A DNA stretch of 64,000 nucleotides from Macrostomum lignano (taxonomy: Eukaryota): contig NIVC01000910.1 in the NCBI GenBank assembly GCA_002269645.1, positions 1 through 64,000 on the forward strand, read 5' to 3'. The notes beneath the pieces are model-generated. The model saw nothing but the letters and a program-made list of their open reading frames with translations. It searched no databases and was not told the origin of the DNA. A program made the translations under genes and the position numbers. This document shows positions 37,301 through 49,400 of this stretch, piece by piece (the stretch's first letter is position 1; every line of letters starts with the position of its first letter).

Positions 37301-40300
37301 AGCACAGCGCGGCATGGCTGAGGGGTCATGACTCCCGCAGTCTCCGCTTCGATGGCTCGCCGTTGATCACGCGACTGCGTCTTGTCGGCGTCAGGATTAG
37401 GTCGCTCCGAGGGACTTTGTCTCACAACGTCGGCGTACGATCGCTGATCCCGTTTCGAAGTTCTCATCGTCGCTCTCTTGACAGGAATTTCTGCAGCTGG
37501 AGCAGTGCACTTGCCTCCACTGCACAGCCCAGGCGACTCTTGGCTGTAGGGCGAGACGCAACACGTGAAGCACGCCTCGTCGCAGGCAGCCGTAGCCGTC
37601 GGCTCGATCATCGTCGTCATTGGGTGAGTCTTCTCCAGCACTGGGCGGTGTCGCAAAGGGGGACTCGACTTTCCGCACAGGCGATGAGCAGCTGTCTGTC
37701 GGCTCGGGGGACAGAGCGTTGACCTTGCAGCCGTCGCGAGAGTCTGGCCTCTGTCAACACGGCGAGAACTCTCAGCGCAAAACTCCGGGGAGTTGAACTT
37801 ACATTGCTGGTCTGGATTCGCGTTGTGGGCTGTCGTCAGGAGGGCTGCTTGTTCAGTGGCCTCTGAGTCGTGGTCCATGGGCGAGTCCAGGTTCCGAGAT
37901 CCGCAGTCTTGGACATCATCAAGGAGGTCTACGTCAGCAGTGGCCTCCGAGGTTTTGTCCGGGCGAATCTCCAAGTAACAGCAGTCGGCGTGGGCGTCGC
38001 TGCGGAGGGCTGAGGTGTCAGTGGCCTCCGGGTTGGTGTCCAAACCGGTCTCCTGGCGTTGACTGCGGCGATGGTCGTCGTGCTGAAGGGCTGCTGGCGC
38101 GGTGGCCTTCAGGTCTTCGGCCAGGGCAGTCTTGGCCTCCTTGTTGCGAGTGCGGACCTTCTTCGAAAGGGCTGGTCTTGCAGTGGCCTTCCGGGTGGTG
38201 TCCAAGTCCGGCTCCAAGCTGGTGTCATCATCGTGTCGGGCTGCAGAACCGGGATGCTCAAGCAGTCGGCCATGTTCGAAGTCAACCGGTGGTGTCTCCG
38301 GGCGTCTTGACAGGGCGTCGGCGTTGGCGTGGTCCTTGCCTTTGCGATGGTGAAGCTGGAAGCGGAACTCGCTCAGTCGCTCAATCCAACGGCCCAAGAT
38401 GCCTGTGACCTGCGTCTGGTTCAGCAGCCACAGCAAGGCCGATGGTCAGAACGAACTTCAAACTTCTTGCCAATTAAATAATGACGGAAATGTCGCATCG
38501 CGTCCACGATTGCAAGCAGCTCTTTCTTCGTGACCGTGTAGCGCTTCTCAGGATCACGAAGCTTCCGGCTAAAGAATGCAATTGGGCGCTCGACGCCGTC
38601 GGATTGCCGTTGTCCAAGACAAGCGCCTATGCGAATGTCTGAGGCATCAGTGTCTAGGACAAACTTCACATCAGGATCTGAGTTAAACTCAGGCAGAGCG
38701 AGAACTTCAGTCGAACACAACTTCTTCTTCAACGTGTCGAACGCTACCTGGTGCTCATCAGTCCAATGCTGCCGCAGGCTGCCGATGTCCTTTCGAGTCA
38801 GGGCATGCAGCGGCGCAGCAAATCCAGCGTAGCCGTTGACAAACTTGTGGTAGTAATTGGCGAGGCCTAGGAATTGTCTCAGTTGAGTAACGGACTGTGG
38901 CACGGGCCAATCACGGATCTGCGCAATCTTGTCCTCACAGGTCTTCAGGCCGTCGGGAGTCACGACGTGACCTAGATAATGCAGCTCCTTGAGGAACAAA
39001 TGGCACTTTTTCGGCTTGACCTTGAGGTTGGCTGCGATAATCCGCTGGAGTACAGTCCGCAGGTTGTCCAGCTGCTCCTCGAAGGTCACAGAGTGCACCA
39101 CGATGTCATCCATGTAGCCAAGCGCGGTCTTTGGCGTCAGGCCGTCCAGGAGCTTATTGATACAACGCTGAAAGCTGCCTGGACTATCGTGGAGACCCAT
39201 CGGTAGAACATTGAAACAGAATTGTCCGCGGTCAATCACAGAGAACGCCGTCAGGTGCTGATCGCAGTCGCGCAGCGGGATCTGCCAGAATCCTTGGGCG
39301 AGATCCAAGCTAGAATACCACTGGGCACCACGCAGCTTCGCGAAGGTCTCCTGAATGTGCGGCAGCGGGTACGGGTGATACACACACTTGTCGTTGAGAG
39401 CTCTGAAGTCATGCACCAGCCTGATGTTGCCGTCCTTCTTGGGCACTATCAGCATTGGCGAGTTGTAGCTAGAGTAAGCTGGGCGAATGATGTGCTTCGC
39501 CAGCATCTCGTCTAGCAGCGCGTCTAGCTTGTCCTTCAGATGAGGCGGGATCCTGCGCGGTGGTAGCGCAACTGGTGTCCGATCCTTCAGGATGATCTCG
39601 TGGGTCACCAGGTGTGTCAGGCCAGCGTCTAGCAGATGCTTCGAGAAGGCTGCTTGACACTCAACTAGTAGATCTCGCACTCTCTGTCGTTGATCTTCGG
39701 ACAGCTCGCTGTTGATCTCGACTTCCTCTAGCCAAGCTGTGCTGGACTCTTCAGGGCTCCTTGGCAAATGTCGCACTTCAGGTTCCGGCGTCTCTTCCAG
39801 GTACATCAGGTCGGCAGTTCTAAGTGGTGTCGCAACACCAACGCGGATGCCCGACTGCAGGAACACCTCGCAGTCAGCAGTGTTGACGACCTCGATGTAG
39901 CCTCGACCTTCAGGCATCGTCATCAGAGCTGGAGCTGCTTCCAGAGTGTTGCAGCTGGGGTGCAGTCTCGACTTCACCAGCTCGACGATTGATGGCGATC
40001 CTCGGTTCTCGGGGTGGCCGACATCCAACTGGACGGCCAACAGCGCTGAGCTTCTCGGCGGCAGAGTGCACTTCTCGGAGGTGTACACCCGGCATGATTG
40101 AAGCTCACGGCGCGAATATCGAACGGGAATGCACGCGCCATTGTTGAACTTTAGCATTCCTTGAGCGAAGTCCAAGTTCTGGCAGTGCTCACGCATGAAA
40201 TTAATACCAAGCAAATTTTCACAATCGGTGACCGTGACCAGGAATTCGGTGTCCGCGACGACATCACCGAACTCCACCGGGATGATCACCTTACACGCAA

Positions 40301-40694
40301 GGGGTAGCTGCGTACCGTCGTACATGGTCACGCAATCCGGGATAGCATGCGATATAATACAACGAGGCATCCGACGTCTAACATTGGCCCAGGTCGACGC
40401 TCCAAGAAAGTTTTTCCGACTGCCGCTGTCTAGTAGGAAAGGGACTTCTCGGCCCGCCAATCGGCCGGTGACGTACGGATCAGCCTCACGCGCATGGATT
40501 TTTTGATCATCGGAGGTGTCCACGAAACCTCCGGGCTCCGCGCCACTTACTGACGAGCGACTGTCGGACTGGGCATTGGCGCCTGCGCAGCCGACATCCT
40601 CTTCTTCTCGTGACCTCTCGGAGTCTGCCAAGTAGCCGGGGCTTGGGCTCTTCGGAGGGCGGTGCCGTGGGCGCTCTCCGGCTGGCCGTTTCCC
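34318..40694 (-). CDS. pol: Gypsy pol (protease, RT, RNase H, integrase) with one frameshift near 38430
   Basis: FLLDSGS; GYMDDIVV; LDTDASD; DHR|ALLWL broken by an apparent 1-bp loss; HHCC finger GHLGQ..CRAC; DDE core VHCDVVGP, HTDQGTNF and NGQVENLN. Confidence 0.95.
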
Positions 40695-41721
40695 TGGTTC
40701 TGGCGGAGCGGGCATTGGGCGTTACGGTGGCCTGGCTGACCACAGCCATAGCAGATCATGGCCTTCGTCGGCGGGCTCGTCTGCTGCTGCTGATCACGCT
40801 GAGCCAAGTCGCTGAGCAGCTTCTGCTGCTTCTCGAGTACTTCGGTCAAAGCCAACAGGGCTTGGGCAGTGGCGTCTGATATCGGGCGAGCGTCCTGCTC
40901 CCCGTCCAACATTCTAACCGGGGTTGAGCGGAGCGCTGGGCCAGCTCTCTGGCACCTTCTAGACGGTGCAGCTCTCGAATTGCGGCAAGCAAGTTGTTTG
41001 GGCGCACCCAATACAGTCGTTCTCGCAAATCTGGGGTTCTCCGCAGGCCGGCAAGGAACTGATCAGCCAGCTCCTTCTCGCGGTCCTCGGGATGCATCCT
41101 CGGGTATGCACGCTCTCCTAGGGTGCGCAGCGAATCAGCGTACTCTTCTACGGACTCATTCTTGCCTTGCTGACGCCTCCTTAGAAGCTCTCGATACTCA
41201 TCAGCGCCACCATGGCGCGCAAATCGCTCGATTAAACGCTGTTTAACCTCCTCGTAGCTGGCGAACCTTGGCAGATGCATGCTGAGCAGGGCTGGATACG
41301 CAGTAGACAGATCCAGACTCGCGATGAGGTGCTGCTTCATCTCGAACGGGTCGACGACTCGCTCCATCTCGCAACGCTGCTCGAACGCGGCAAGCCAGAC
41401 ATGAATGTCCTGACTTGGAGTAAATTTAACAATCTTAATCTGTTTACTCACCGGTCGCTCTATTTGCTGCTGCAGCGCTGCCATCATGGTCCTCAGGTCC
41501 AATGGTCTGACGGTCTGGCCAAGGTCATCCAAGCCTCGCAGAAGCTCATCGGGCGGGTCCTCGGACACCTCGCTTCGTGCGCTTCGCCTCGGCGCGGGCC
41601 TCTGACAGAAGTCACCGGTCGTTGCTGCTGCCGCGGCGGCGTCTGCTGCCGCAGGCCTCGAACTGCTGATGTGCTGATCCAGCCGGCTGCTACTCCGGCT
41701 CTCGTCTCGCTCGTTGAACAT
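40547..41721 (-). CDS. gag: Gypsy gag with CCHC knuckle (frameshift near 40915)
   Basis: ORF from ATG 41721 (WLAAFEQRC..., RRRQQGKNESVEEYADSLRTL) continues in another frame to CYGCGQPGHRNAQC. Confidence 0.9.
40688..40694 (-). promoter_or_regulatory. -1 ribosomal frameshift slippery site G GGA AAC
   Basis: Canonical X XXY YYZ heptamer in the gag frame (QGN); the -1 frame is the pol frame (PGKR). Confidence 0.75.
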
Positions 41722-41790
41722 GCTGATCTCGTAGCTGACCGAAGAGTCGTTCTCGAAAAAGGGCGGTTGGCTTGGGTGTTTCGAAGTCGG

Positions 41791-41964
41791 ATCCCACCGC
41801 TGCCACCAGTGAAGTGGTTGCTTGTACTTTCCTCGATAGCGTCTAGAGGTGGCCTGGTAGGTCTTTGAATCCCACCGCTGCCACCAGTGAAGTGGTTGCT
41901 TGTACTTTCCTCGATAGCGTCTAGAGGTGGCCTGGTAGGTCTTTGAATCCCACCGCTGCCACCA
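41791..41964 (-). promoter_or_regulatory. Three tandem tRNA-Leu primer-binding sites, 78-bp period
   Basis: TGGTGGCAGCGGTGGGAT(TC) on the minus strand, ending at plus positions 41964, 41886 and 41808; complementary to the metazoan tRNA-Leu 3' end GAAUCCCACCGCUGCCA-CCA. Confidence 0.88.
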
Positions 41965-41965
41965 G

Positions 41966-43074
41966 TGAAGTACTCTGTTATTCCGGCTACTTCCCTGTCA
42001 GTCACGTGAGCTGCCTACTTTGAGCTCTTGGTAGACTCTCCCAGGAAGTCTTCTAGCAATCCTTGGTAGTGTTGGTAGTGCTGCCACCAGCTCGCTCGGA
42101 TCTTGTCCTTCGGTGAGGGAGACTCCGGGCTGAGCGAAAGAAACGAGACACGAGAACTCAGCACGCCGTGCAGGTTTGACAGTTCGTACCGGTGCACACC
42201 TCGTCAGCGGTCCTGCCGGGCTCAAGTGCGGGGATGAGGAACTGTGCTAGTCTCTGTTAGTTCGGTTGGGCTTTAACACACTCAAAGACACACAGTCGAA
42301 GATGGATCAGAAATCAGATAGGTTGGCTAAGGCCTAGCGCAAGCTGCGCTGGACTTCCAAGAGAGCAGTTATTAGAAGAGTTAACTCACAGGTAAACGAG
42401 AGGTTTCACAGAGGGTCGGGCGGTTGCCAAACAGAGGCACGAGAGGCCCGTACTTATAGGGTAGCGGATCGATTTCACCATACCGTGCAACACCCCATTG
42501 CGCCAGAGTGCGCAAGGCCGCTCTCACTGCCCCCAATCTGGCGTGAATCAGTTCTATTTTTAGAAACAGGCGCGGAACCCTCAATTTGAGAGGCAAGGAC
42601 GCCATTCCTAATTTAGAGCCTGACACCCGAGATTGCACAAGGCAGCGCAAGAAAAGGACAGAGCGCCGGGGCACGTGATCCGCTCCCGTACGGCCAGACA
42701 GAGAGTACAGCCAGAACTGGCTGGACTCGAGCCAAGAGAACGCAGCCACACAAAAGGGGGGGGGAAGGAGACAGACAAAGAATGAAACAAGGACAGGCTG
42801 AGCGGAGAAGCTCAGACGCTGGGAACGCAAACGAACCGGAAAAAAGGGGGGGACAAAAGGGAGCGCAGGCAGACAAAAGGACAACGAGGGAGGGAGAGGG
42901 AGAGAGAGGAGTGGGAGAGGGAGAGAGAGAGGGAGAGGGAGAGAGGGAGGGAGAGGGAGAGGGAGAGGGAGAGAGAGGGAGGGAGAGCTGCGGCCAGCGG
43001 CAGCCAACAGCTCAGGAGGGCGCAGGGCACAGCTGACAAAGGGGGCACCTAACACTAAACTAGTGCTCACTTCA
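41966..43074 (-). repeat. 5' LTR (1109 bp)
   Basis: TG...CA termini with 6-bp inverted ends; 1 nt from the first PBS. Confidence 0.88.
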
Positions 43075-43076
43075 CA

Positions 43077-43430
43077 TTCTCCCTCCCAAACCTCCCATAC
43101 CCGATCTCCCATCGCCAATCTCCCATCGCCAATCTCCCATCGCCAATCTCCCATCGCCAATTTCCCATCCCCAATCTCCCATCCCCATTCTCCCTTCCCT
43201 AATCTCCCATCACCAATCTCCCATCCCCAATCTCCCACCCCCAATCTCCCATCCCCAATCTCCCATCCCAGGATCTCCCATCCTCAATCTCCCATCCCCA
43301 ATCTCCCATCGCCAATCTCCCATCCCCATCCCCAATCTGCCATCCCCATACTCCCATCCCCATTTTCCCATCCCCAATCTCCCATCTCCAATCGCCCATC
43401 CCAATCTCCCATCCTCAGCACCAATCCCAC
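43077..43430. repeat. CCCATCCCCAATCT-type intronic minisatellite
   Basis: C-rich 10-14-bp units between the LTR and the first PLC exon. Confidence 0.9.
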
Positions 43431-43462
43431 TTGAACCGAAAGCCACCATTTCCCTTCACCAG

Positions 43463-46400
43463 CTTCAACAAGCGGCAGCTCAGCCGGATCTACCCGAAGG
43501 GCACCCGGGTGGACTCCGGCAACTACATGCCGCAGCTGTTCTGGAATTCCGGTTGTCAACTGGTGGCTTTGAATTTTCAAACTCTGGGTAATTTTTGTGT
43601 TACCAAATAATAAAAAGTACAGACACCTCCTAATATAGATAGATACTCGTAGCAGATAAACGGTTAAGCAGTAGACCGGTTTTAGGTACACCTGTTGGGT
43701 AGGTCAAATAACTGGTAAATAGTTTAGGACTGAGGTTAGGTCGGTAAGTACTTTATAGATAGGTATGTAAGGTAGGTAATGGTGGGTAGGTAGTGCGTAG
43801 GTAGGTGAGTAGGTAGGAAGGAAGATAGGTAAGTAGGGTAGGTAGGTAACGTAGGTAAGTACACGTAGGTAAGGTCAGACACCGTAAGGAAAGAGTCAGA
43901 AACCTGTCGGGTAAGGGTCAGACATCTGTCAGGTAAGGATCAGACAAGTGTCAGCTAGGTAAAGAGCAGACAAGTGTCAGGTAAGGATCAGACACCTGTC
44001 AGGTAAGGGTCAGACATCTTTCGGGTAAGGATCAGACAAGTGTCAGGTAAAGGTTAGTACACCTGACACCTGTCAATTAAGGCTCAGACACCTGTCAGGT
44101 AAGGGTTAGACACCTATCAATTAAGGCTCAGACACCTGTCAGGTAAGGGTTAGACACCTGTCAATTAAGGATCAGACACCTGTCAGGTAAGAGTCAGACA
44201 CCTGTCAATTAAGGCTCAGACACCTGTCAATTAAGGCTCAGACACCTGTCAATTAAGGCTCAGACACCTGTCAATTAAGGCTCAGACACCTGTCAGGTAA
44301 GGGTTAGACACCTGTCAATTAAGGATCAGACACCTGTCAGGTAAGAGTCAGACACAGGCCAGTCCCGTACTGCGACCCGCAGACCTGGGCCTGCAGCTAA
44401 ACCTGGGCATGTTCCACTACCAGCGCCGCTGCGGCTACCTCCTGAAGCCAGAGTTCATGCGCCGGCCGGACCGCAGATTCGACCCCTTCGCCGAGACCAC
44501 CGTGGACGGCATCGTTGCCAGCAGCGTGTCTGTTGAAATTCTGTCCGGCTATTTTTTGTCCGATCGAAAAATTGGCACCTACGTTGAGGTGGAGATGTAC
44601 GGACTGCCCGCCGATACGGTTAGGAAGCGATTTCAAACTCGGGTTGTGCCCTCGAATGGAATTAATCCGAGTTACAATCAGGAAGCATTCGTCTTTAAAA
44701 AGGTAGCGTATTAGAAAAGTTGACTTTATTGGACATTCTAGATAGTTTCGTTGGGTTTGGTTCTGTAAATTTGGATTAGTCTTTGTCGGGTTTGGATATG
44801 TACATTCTGGGTGGTCTTTGTCGGGTTTGGGTATGTACATTCGGGGTGGTCTTTGTCGGGTTTGGGTATGTACATTCGGGGTGGTCTTTGTCGGGTTTGG
44901 GTATGTAAATTGGGGGTAGTCTTTGTCGGGTTTGCGTATGTACATTCGGGGTGGTCTTTATCGGGTTCGGGTATGTACATTCAAGGTGGTCTTTGTCGGG
45001 TTTGGGTATGTACATTGGGGGAGGGTATTCGTCGGGTTTGGGTATGTAAATTGGGGGTGGTCTTTGTTGGTGACAAAGACTGCTAGCGAATATGATATTT
45101 TCTTAAATTTTAGATCCTTGTTATATTACTCTAGATATTTTCAACAGAGCTTGTCTTTAAGATCAGACCGAGTACTTCAGGCATTTTAAAACGACAGCTG
45201 AACTTCTCGAAAAACCGCAGGTGGTCCTGCCTCAGCTGGCCACTCTTCGAATCGCCGCGTTGGAAGAGTCTGGCCGCCTCATCGGCCAGAGATTCCTCCC
45301 CGTTGACTCGCTGAGACCCGGCTACCGTCACGTGACCCTGTTCACCGAGCTGATGCAGCCGTTACCATTGGCAACGCTGTTTGTCTGTCTAAAAGTTAGC
45401 GACTACGTGTCTGACGTGTTTGCAGGTTGGTCCTGCGACAAAGATTTGAGACTTCAAAAAACATGTAGCCACACACCCTCTGACAAAGACTACCTACAAT
45501 CAATGTACACACACGCCCCGAAAAAGACTACCTGCAATCAATGTACACACACACGCCCCGAAAAAGACTACCTGCAATCAATGTACACACACACACGCCC
45601 CGACAAAGACTAACTGACATCAATGGACACACACGCCCTGACAAAGACTACCTGCAATCAATGTACACACACACGCCCCGACAAAGACTACCTGCAATCA
45701 ATGTACACACACTCCCCGACAATGCCTTACCTTCAATCAATGTACACACACGCCCCGACAAAGACTACCTGACATCAATGCACACACCCTCAGTGACAAA
45801 AGACTACCCGCAATGTGCACACACACCCGACAAAAACTGCCTCCACTAATCCTCTTAATCTGCAATCACTCTAATTACGTGAGCTCAAATCATTAGCCAA
45901 CTATACCTGGCTAAAAAACCCCAGAGTTCGCGGCAGCTCTGGCCAATCCAATACAATACCTGAACGAAATGGAGAAGCACCAGCAGCAGCTGATGGTGCT
46001 GACTGAAGACTTTGAAGTGACGGTGAGTAATCTGGTATGAGTAATTTATTGCACACAACACCTACGGGGCTAAATACAGAAGTTTGCCTTCAGCTACGTA
46101 CACCAGTTGTGTTGGCTCAATGTACACTCTTATCAACCCCTGCCCCACATCACTCCAATGTACACTCTTATCAACCCCTGCCCCACATCACTACAATGTA
46201 CAATCTTATCAACCCCTGCCCCACATCACTACAATGTACAATCTTATCAACCCCTGCCCCACATCACTACAATGTACAATCTTATCAACCCCTGCCCCAC
46301 ATCACTCCAATGTACACTCTTATCAACCCCTGTCCCACCTCACACCAATGTACACTCTTATCAACCCCTGTCCCACCTCACTCCAATGTACACTCTTATC

Positions 46401-49400
46401 AACCCCTGCCCCACATCACTCCAATGTACACTCTTATCAACCCCTGTCCCACCTCACTCCAATGTACACTCTTATCAACCCCTGTCCCACCTCACTCCAA
46501 TGTACACTCTTATCAACCCCTGCCCCACCTCACTCCAATGTACACTCTTATCAACCCCTGCTCCACCTCACTCCAATGTACACTCTTATCAACCCCTGCC
46601 CCACCTCACTACAATGTACACTCTTATCAACCCCTGCCCCACGGCACTCCAATGTACACTCTTATCAACCCCTGTCCCACCTCACTACAATGTACACTCT
46701 TATCAACCCCTGCTCCACGGCACTCCAATGTACACTCTTATCAACCCCTGCCCTACCTCACTACAATGTACACTCTACAGAATAAGCCGCATCAACCGCA
46801 GCCTCAGCAGCATCTGGACAGTGAGTCCCAACAAGGAAATCTGACTGCTTCCAACACGGAAGCAACTGGAAGCGGTACGCCCAGACGCCAGCAACAGCCT
46901 CGAAAGCTGCAGCGGACGGCAACGCTAGGAGGTCGTGAAGGTGCTCCGCCGTCGCCACCGCTCGTAGAGGCCTCGGGGGGCTCTGCTGCTGCGACGTCCA
47001 GCGCAGCTGATTTGACAGCAGCCGCCACAGGAGGCGGCGTGACGCGGGCTGCTGGAGGTGGCGGTGAGGCGGGACGCGTGGCTAAGGGATTAAGTTGGCT
47101 GAGAGCCAGGATGATGACTAGTGATGATTTTGGTGAATGACTAGATCTCTGGCTTTTTTATTGACTATATTTCTTTTTTAATGACTAGAGATCTGGATTC
47201 TTGAATAACTAGAGATCTGGGGTCTTGAATGACTAGAGATCTGGATTCTTGAATAACTAGAGATCTGGGGTCTTGAATGACTAGAGATCTGGATTCTTGA
47301 ATAACTAGAGATCTGGGGTCTTGAATGACTAGAGATCTGGACTCTTAAATGACTAGATCTGGACTCTTAAATGACTAGAAATCTGGATTCTTGAATGACT
47401 AGATCTGGGTTCTTGAATGACTAGAAATTTGGGTTCTTGAATGACTAGATCTGGGTTCTTGAATGACTAGAGCTGGGTTCTTGAATGACTAGAGCTGGGT
47501 TCTTGAATGACTAGATCTGGGTTCTTGAATGACTAGATCTGGATTCTTGAATGACTAGATCTGGGTTCTTGAATGACTAGATCTGGACTCTTAAATGACT
47601 AGAAATCTGGATTCTTGAATGACTAGATCTGGGTTCTTGAATAACTAGAGATCTCGATTCTTGAATGACTAGATCTGGGTTCTTCAATGACTAAATCTGG
47701 GTTCTTGAATGACTAGATCTGGGTTCGTGAATGACTAGATCTGGCTTCTTGAATGACTAGATCTGGCTTCTTGAATGACTAGATCTGGCTTCTTGAATGA
47801 CTAGATCTGGCTTCGTCAATGACTAGATCTGGCTTCGTGAATGACTAGATCTGGCTTTTTGAATGACTAGATCTGGCTTCTTGAATGACTAGATCTGGGT
47901 TCTTGAATGACTAGATCTGGGTTCTTGAATGACTAGAGATCTGGGTTCTTGAATGACTAGATCTGGCTTCGTCAATGACTAGATCTGGACTCTTGAATGA
48001 CTAGATCTGGACTCTTGAATGACTAGATCTGGGTTCTTGAATAACTAGAGATCTGGGTTCTTGAATGACTAGATCTGGCTTCGTCAATGACTAGATCTGG
48101 ACTCTTGAATGACTAGATCTGGGTTCTTGAATGACTAGATCTGGACTCTTGAATGACTATATCTGGCTTCTTGAATGACTAGATCTGGCTTCTTGAATGA
48201 CTAGAAATCTCGATTCTTGAATGACTAGATCTGGGTTCTTCAATGACTAGATCTGGGTTCTTGAATGACTAGATCTGGGTTCTTGAATGACTAGATCTGG
48301 ATTCTTGAATGACTAGATCTGGCTTCTTGAATGACTAGATCTGGGTTCTTGAATGACTAGATCTGGATTCTTGAATGACTAGATCTGGCTTCTTGAATGA
48401 CTAGATCTGGCTTCTTGAATGACTAGATCTGGCTTCTTGAATGACTAGATCTGGCTTCGTCAATGACTAGATCTGGCTTCTTGAATGACTAGATCTGGCT
48501 TCTTGAATGACTAGATCTGGCTTCGTCAATGACTAGATCTCGATTCTTGATCTGTTCAACAATCCTAAACAAATGACTAGATCAGGAATCACGTGCTGCT
48601 AATCTCCCATCACCGTAAACAATCGCAAACTCGCCAGGACTGCGTCGAAAGTTCATGTCGGTGTACAGCAAAGCGACAGATTTGCAGAATCAGCAACCGG
48701 ACGGTGCAGCTGGCACCACAGACAGCTTCGTGGCCAGAAGCCTGCTATCGGGTCTGGCTTGGAGGGTTCATCAATTGGCCCTTTTAGTTTCATAGTTATA
48801 ATTCGTTGTATTTTAATCGATACTGAGCATGACTTTAGTATAACGAACTTTATACTGCAGTTTACGAGTATACGTATCTCCATGTGTAGCTTTAGTATTC
48901 CATCAATGCCACACAACGCTCCAATCAAACCCTGCCCCAATGACTCCCCAATGACTCACTCCAATGTACACACTTCTATCAACCCCTGCCCCAATGACTC
49001 ACTCCAATGTACACACTCCTATCAACCCCTGTCCCAATGACTCACTCCAATGTACACACTCCTATCAACCCCTGTCCCAATGACTCACTCCAATGTACAC
49101 ACTCCTATCAACCCCTGTCCCAATGACTCACTCCAATGTACACACTCCTATCAACCCCTGCCCCAATGACTCACTCCAATGTACACACTCCTATCAACCC
49201 CTGCCCCAATGACTCACTCCAATGTACACACTCCTATCAACCACTGCCCCAATGACTCACTCCAATGTACACACTCCTATCAACCCCTGTCCCAATGACT
49301 CACTCCAATGTACACACTCCTATCAACCCCTGTCCCAATGACTCACTCCAATGTACACACTCCTATCAACCACTGCCCGTATATTCAGCAATAGACACAT

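Larger units (their letters stand above)
33519..43074 (-). mobile_element. Ty3/Gypsy LTR retrotransposon
   Basis: 5' LTR 41966-43074 bounded by TGAAGT...ACTTCA; PBS; gag; PR-RT-RH-IN domain order; PPT; partial 3' LTR. Confidence 0.97.

Noticed and set aside
34182-41868. Many plus-strand ORFs inside the Gypsy element
   Set aside because: Antisense shadows of GC-rich gag/pol codons.
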